A DNA stretch of 64,000 nt, taken from NCBI GenBank assembly GCA_047967505.1, contig CM106538.1. One strand, given 5' to 3'. Shown here piece by piece: positions 57,530 to 64,000 of this stretch. This DNA is from Dipteris shenzhenensis. Lineage: Eukaryota. Both the position numbers and the translations under genes were made by a program. How positions within the stretch are numbered: position 1 is the first letter of the stretch; every line of letters starts with the position of its first letter. Under the pieces are notes generated by a model, which did no database searches, was not told where the DNA came from, and saw nothing but the letters and a program-made list of their open reading frames with translations.

Positions 57530-57753
57530 AAAATAAAGGAGATTGAGAAGAAAAATACGTGGAAAATTAGAGACAAATTAAGGGGAAAATAAGGGAGTTT
57601 GAGGGAAAAGAAATTAGGGAAATTAAGGGAAAATATAGAAAAATTAGAGGAGTGTGGTTACACTAGGGAGTGAAAAGGACAAAATAGGATTGGTTGTCAA
57701 AGGATTTATAAAGTAAAGAAAAGTAAGTTGCAAGGACAAAAGAGAAAATGAGA

Positions 57754-57755
<2 letters not shown>

Positions 57756-57792
<37 letters not shown>
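57756..57792. repeat. (TG)n microsatellite
   Basis: Read directly. Confidence 0.97.
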
Positions 57793-57793
<1 letters not shown>

Positions 57794-60220
57794 CATCCTA
57801 ATTCTCTATCTTTTTTTTTTTTCAAAGTCAATCACAATAAATGAAAGCAATCGAAGTCCATTCCAAAATAATTCAAAGGAGCACTTATAACATTGAGAAA
57901 AAGGATTATATTATTAACAGAGTCATTTTCTCTACAACTTCATCCATATAATTTCATGCTGTTGGTGTTACAAAATAACTAATGATCATGATATAAAGTA
58001 TGAATCTCAAGGTTAAAAGCTACCTTGTGTTTGAAATTATCATAATCAAAATCCCTCTCTACAAGGAAAGGGAAATTAGGTGAAAAAAAGTATAGAAACC
58101 TGCTACAAGCTATTTTGCAAAGGTCCTTCCCATCTATGAATTTTCAACATTTTAACAAATTGATCCAAGTTGCCCAATCATACAAAATCTCCCATTTTTT
58201 CTAGTTGTCCTTTCAGTTTTAATCAAACAAGCTAGGCTAGTAAGCCTTTTTAGGTCAATATATAAAGGATATATCATGTTAATATGATCAGTAATGGTAG
58301 TTTTTTTAGGAATTGTCATATACATTAACTCCCAAGCAAATATGACTAATGAGGGTATTGCACTATCTCTTATGGTTTTACCCAAGTGTTTGGGAGTTCC
58401 ATTTGAGAGGACAAGTCCCTTCAAGAGTCTTGCTGCTGCCAAAATAGTTCTCATAAAGGTCGGTAGGATTAGTGCATCCAAAGGTAAGGTGTTTGGTTGC
58501 CAACATCAATCCAATCTCCCATATTGTCATGTACAATTTGTAGATCCACACATAAAATTTCTCCTTCCCTTGTTGCAAACACCACATGCACATGTGTATT
58601 GTGTCCCATGGAGACTAGATTCTTTCTACTGCATGTAATTGAATGCTTCTTTCAAAAAAATCATTCACACATATGAAACACAACAACAATTGTATCAATC
58701 CTTCAACCTAAGAACAAAGAAGCACTTGAGGCCCTCAAAGGATCTTTGACAAATCTTGATCTATGGCTAGCGGGTCTTGAATCTTTTAAAGAACTCCACC
58801 TACCACAAAACAAATATCAGGTAATAGTATCTTGGACTTGGTGGTTTTATGTGTACATTCTCTTGCAAGGTGCTAGTAAATCATGATGTTGGACTAATAC
58901 CAGTGTGTACCTCTATGCTTTGTGCATGCATTGGTTTAGTATCAGCATGGATGTGTTAATGGGTTGCTCCAATTACCACATGTCTTAACATGGGTTTGCT
59001 TCAATGGGTTGCTTCAAGGCAAGATTCCATTAAGCTTGGAACACATTATGTAGACAACACAATATTGAGACCTCAAGACACATTATGTTAATACCTCAAA
59101 AAGTGTTTAGATGTATTTTCAAATGTTGGAAGATCAATTTACATGACTCATAATCTTACTTGGAAAAAGATCTCCAAGTCACAAAACCATATAAAATGAT
59201 GGTGAAAACTCATGACAACAAAGTGGATACACCGTACTTGGTCGGATGGTTCAACAAATTGAAACCTATGCCTACAAGATGTGGTATAAAATCCAGTAGA
59301 TGCATAAAACTATTTGACAAATAGAACATAAAAATGAATCATCATACCCACTTGAAGCACCTTTATTAGAATAGGTTGATAAAATATAACCACAAGATTT
59401 TCTATTGCTCTTTGATCCATGAACTCTTGACGTAAATGCAAGTTCATGGTGTTCAAGGTTCTCACTCTACCTATAGAGTCGTGACTATTTAGTGCATGTT
59501 TTTCTATCATTACACCTTGCAATCCAAGATGTCCTTGAAATGAGCTACAATCTCATCATATATTTTCTTGTATCACTCTTCAAAGTCTCTTGTGCTCCCA
59601 CCAATGCATTTGAGAGTATCTCCTGTGTCACTGCAATATGAATCCAAAGTTCCATGCATTTTTTGTTATATAATGAGAACTCTACTCCACAAAGTGCAAA
59701 AGCAACATGTTTGCAAAGTACACAAGCACGTCCCATGGTGGGGGTTCTTTTCCATATACAGCAATGCATATATCTGTGCTTGAGCCCAGACTTATGAGTG
59801 ATGATAGTTGGTGATATTCCATCTCCCATGCTTCTCAATCGGCTATAAACCTAAATTCAAATGCCAAATAGCTCTTCCACTTCTAGTTGCTAGATAGATA
59901 AAACCTCATCCTAGACACCAAGTTTTTATTGTACTTAAAATTTATGCTAGCAAAATCTATCCACTATGTGATGTATTGGGTAGTGTCTGGCAAACCTTAT
60001 GGAGGTGCAAGGGCAAAATTGTGAAGGTGCTCATAGCATGCATAAATTCGTAGGTGTTCTCTTGCCTATCTTCTAGCTTTTTCATCACTTGGTGGCTCAT
60101 CTCCATGTAAAATTCTATCAAGTTGTGTGAAGTAGGCCCTTATTGGTACACTTATCCGTGCCATGCATGAAGTGCATTGTAGGCAATGTATTTTGCACTC
60201 ATATATATATATATATATAT

Positions 60221-60397
60221 GTCATGATTATTCATGATGTGTTGATAATATTTCATCATGGTTACACATTTCCAAACTTGTGCATGCATTTAAATAGACA
60301 TACATGTGTTAGTAGTTGAAATGTAAAATGCTATATGCTTCATGCATTGAGATTATTTATATATATATGTAAAATGCTATATGCTTCATGCATTGAG

Positions 60398-60437
<40 letters not shown>

Positions 60438-60568
60438 CTCAATGCATGAAGCATATAGCATTTTACATTTCAACTATTAACACATGTATGTCTATTTAAG
60501 TGCATGCACAAGTTTGGAAATGTGTAACCATGATGAAATATTATCAACACATCATGAATAATCATGAC
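60221..60568. repeat. Long near-perfect inverted repeat (~135-bp arms) around an (AT)n-containing spacer
   Basis: 60221-60356 is the reverse complement of 60434-60568, with 2 mismatches seen. Confidence 0.95.
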
Positions 60569-61588
60569 TGTAACAAAATGATGCTACACTATATAATGCA
60601 ACATGATGACGCTACATGATATGATGCTATATGATGCATGGTCTTGCTCGTGCTTGGGACTTTGCTCTGCCCAATTCTTAGTAGTATCTTGAGATTAATA
60701 CTTCAGTTTTCTAAAGGTCTTTCTATGCTCCTTGGAAATGTCTTGCACCACTTCCCAATCAACGATTCCAGCTCAACATGCACCATTTGGAGTAAAATCA
60801 AGCAAGATCTTGCTAGGGTGCAAGTATGTATAGAACCATTGAGCCTTATGCAAGCATGCTAGTCTAGTGAGGAAACCATGGATCAAATGGTGCACATTAG
60901 GCAAGAAAAGAAGCTGATTCTCTTTACCACGTCTTCTTTTGTGATTGCATCCTCTAGCTTGCCTACTACCTTTGCCCTTGTATTTGCACCTCCCTTCAAT
61001 GAAGCATCAACATAACACTTGAAGGACCCTTCATCAAATGTCAACATGAGGGAAAACTAAAGTATGCTCCCACAATTGAAGAATGGTATGATGGTTAAGA
61101 TGGCCTCCTCTTTGGTCGCAACAATAACCCGAACAAGGACAAAGTGTGTTATCTGCATGGCCACCTGTCTTTGTGCTTATCATCTATGAGTCTCAATGTT
61201 TCCCTTGTACCACTTGCTGTCACACCATTTGTGTTGTAATGGGCTAGGACAACCTAGTAGATGAACCCAATGTATAATCTCACATGTCCTAGATCTAATC
61301 TTTTCATTGATATGGATCTCCTTCTTTCTGATGGCTATCACAGAAGTCACATACCTTATGTGACTAGCTCATTGTTGAACCTTTTATGCTTCACATTCTT
61401 ACACTTTCCCTTTAAAGATGGCATTGCCCCTCTCCTCAACCTACTTGGTTTCCTCCTCTACCATACCAAACATTAATGTTAACTTTTTCTCCCAACTCTC
61501 AATCATGAGGGTTTCTTGTTAGATCATAGGACTCTACGTTTATGCACAACCCATATTCCATACTATCATTGGAATTTGTGATGCGCTG

Positions 61589-62160
61589 ATGCACATGATT
61601 TTATCCATGCATGACGTATGAAACATGCATTAATGTATGAAGCAATTCAAGTTATGAATGCACAAGTGCATTTAAGACATATGAAACATGCATGAATGAT
61701 TTAAGTTGCAAATACAAAATTGCATGCATTTAGTGCACATGTCTCATAGGATGCAAAATTGCATGTTGCTTTCTCAAATTTAGTAACCTATCTGTGCCCA
61801 TTATTGTGTCCTCTATCTCTCTCCCTCAAACATACTATTTATCTACTCTAGCAATTGCTCTCGAAGCACTTACTTAACAAGCTTGCATTGTGCCTTTGTT
61901 AACATAGGACCGAGCTTGCACTTAGAGCTGGTATAACTTTGACTTGAATGGACATCCTCCATGATGCTCAACTAACATACCATATGTGCATATGTAATGT
62001 GCATTCGTTAGACATGTTACTTATAGCACATGATAACACATGCACATGATTTTATCCATGCATGACGTATGAAACATGCATGAATGATTTAAGTTACAAA
62101 TACAAAACTGCATCTGTGATAGTGCACCTGTCTCATAGGATGAAAAATTGCATGTTGCAT
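61589..62160. repeat. Dispersed direct repeat of ~120 bp, rich in tgca/catg
   Basis: atgcacatgattttatccatgcatgacgtatgaaacatgcat at 61589 and 62040; shared gtctcataggatg.aaaattgcatgttgc. Confidence 0.8.
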
Positions 62161-63189
62161 GCATGCAGCATGATACACAAGCCATTTTTATATATTCAAA
62201 TGAAGAAATGACAAAAAAATCTCGCTTCAAGAGATTCCAAGTACCTGCGCCTAAGAAGAAGTCTCATCTAGTCCCCTGCCTTGTGAGCACTAGAACTATT
62301 CGCATTTGGATGGTCCCAAAAGAAGAGGTGACAATTAGATATTCATAGATTTTGATTGTGAAGACAATTGATGTGGCATTATCCACCACATGTCAATAGC
62401 TCCTCCCCATCCTATGTACACCTAAAGTTTGAAGTAAAATTTCTTTCTACCTCTACATATTGCCAAAGTAAAATCCCAAGTCTTTTAGCCCTTCAAAACT
62501 TATTTTGTTACCAAAAGCACTTACTAGTGTGATGTTTATAGTAGAACTTTGTAGCCTACAAATGCCACATCTTCAACTAGAACCATCACATGGAGCCACG
62601 TCCTGTAGTAGAAATCAACATGACAAGTTATAGCCAACACATATGCCATGCGTCCTATGTTATGAACCAACATAATTGTAGTAGCAATGCACTCTAGGTG
62701 GCACGATTTCTTTAATGAATCAACATTACCTTATAGCAAGGTAAGAGTTTGTATAGAGAGGATGGCTAGGTAAAAATCTCATGTTTTCTAGAAATTAGGA
62801 CCTATCAACATGATGCCATTACTCAAATTTGATGCCACTTAAAAGATTCAATAAGTATCTCAACTAGTACATGCCATTATGACCGCACCATTGATTTTGT
62901 AATCTCAACTAGCATTGCTCTTGCAGCATGCCCCCAAAATAGTTCCATGATTAGATATGCCTAATCATGCTTTCACCACAAACCCCTCGATCTAGATCCA
63001 CTTTTCTAGCATTGAGCTCTCTACTTTCTCATGTCAAACTTCCTAGAAGAGGAACAAGTACGTATTAGTGGCCATGGACTCTGGAATGAAATGGGTGGTG
63101 GAGGCATGGGTTCCAAGAGTCCACTCCCATAGCGTAATATTCACTCAAGTATGTGAGGCCTAGCCTTCTCCTCTCACTCTACATCTCTC

Positions 63190-63600
63190 CATAAATTTTA
63201 TCTCTTTACAAATGTCTCCCCCTCTCCTTCCTTGAACTTTATCCCCTTGCTATCACATCCATCCAAATTTTATCTCTATAAAAATGTCTCCCCCTCTCCT
63301 TTTTTGAACTTAATCCCCTTGCTATCACATCCATCCATCATTCACAACCATCTATAATTTCTCTTATTGGTTGTGAAAATTATTTCCAATTGCCTTTATA
63401 ACTATCCCAACTCATTGATACAGTCATTATTTTTCTCCTTTATGACTTCATAGAGTCCCCAGTTTGCAAAAGGATGTTTCCATATTTTAGATGATGCTAT
63501 GACAAAGGGGTGTTTCCATATTTAGGTGATGTCATGCCAAAGGGATGTTTCCTTTAGGCAATGATGTGCCAAAGGGAAATTTCCATTGAGGTGATGCAAT
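63190..63600. repeat. ~72-bp tandem duplication (63193-63337) and degenerate ~33-bp array (63468-63600)
   Basis: aaatgtctccccctctcctt..atccccttgctatcacatccatcca occurs twice; aaagg.atgtttcc..tagg.gatg occurs about 4 times. Confidence 0.75.
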
Positions 63601-64000
63601 GGACACCTTCACTAATTTCTCCTTAAAATGTTATATCTTTTGTGAATCTCAAAGGTGGCTTGAGATGCTCTCCTTTTCCTTGGGTAGTGTTGATTGGTAT
63701 AGTTAGCCTCCCTCAGTTCCATGTTTGGACTTCGTGGCCTCGTAAACTTAGTGTCCTTTAATGTCACCAACTTATTAATCCCCATGGAATTCATGGTGGA
63801 TTTCGTACATCTCTAGAGTTAACAAGACTTTGTAGGCCATGGATTTAACGTGGCTTAGTGGCCATGTAGTCTTGTGTCTCCACTTCAACTTTATGGGCTC
63901 CATGTTTTAGCTTTCTGGGCTCCCAAATTAGAGGTGCACTTAGTGGCCCTCAAAGTTTCTCCATGGAATTTGTGGTAAAACTCTTAATTTTAGACTTAAT

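Noticed and set aside
57283-57576. SLSLSL-repeat ORF
   Set aside because: Translation of the (CT)n strand of the microsatellite.

Overview
Eukaryotic nuclear DNA, most likely a large-genome land plant (fern-like by inference). Evidence for this: an intronless ATL RING-H2 gene, plant L1-type LINEs, Ty1/Copia elements primed by tRNA-iMet, Gypsy remnants and microsatellites. The main discovery is the 3' part of a spliced phosphoinositide 3-kinase gene on the + strand. Seven exons between 3270 and 22011 splice through GT-AG introns with consistent phases into one uninterrupted 299-aa kinase region. Its motifs ([57 protein letters not shown], and a stop right after the kinase domain) are those of class I, PIP3-producing PI3Ks. 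They are not those of Vps34, which is generally held to be the only PI3K in plants. One intron is 17.1 kb and holds nested retroelements. The rest of the window is the ATL gene (30360-31067, - strand), a nested Gypsy/Copia cluster (about 38-54 kb) that includes an intact 1360-aa Copia ORF lacking its 5' LTR, several LINE fragments with TSDs, a near-perfect AT-centred palindrome and assorted tandem repeats. Family assignments come from recalled motifs; no database search was run.
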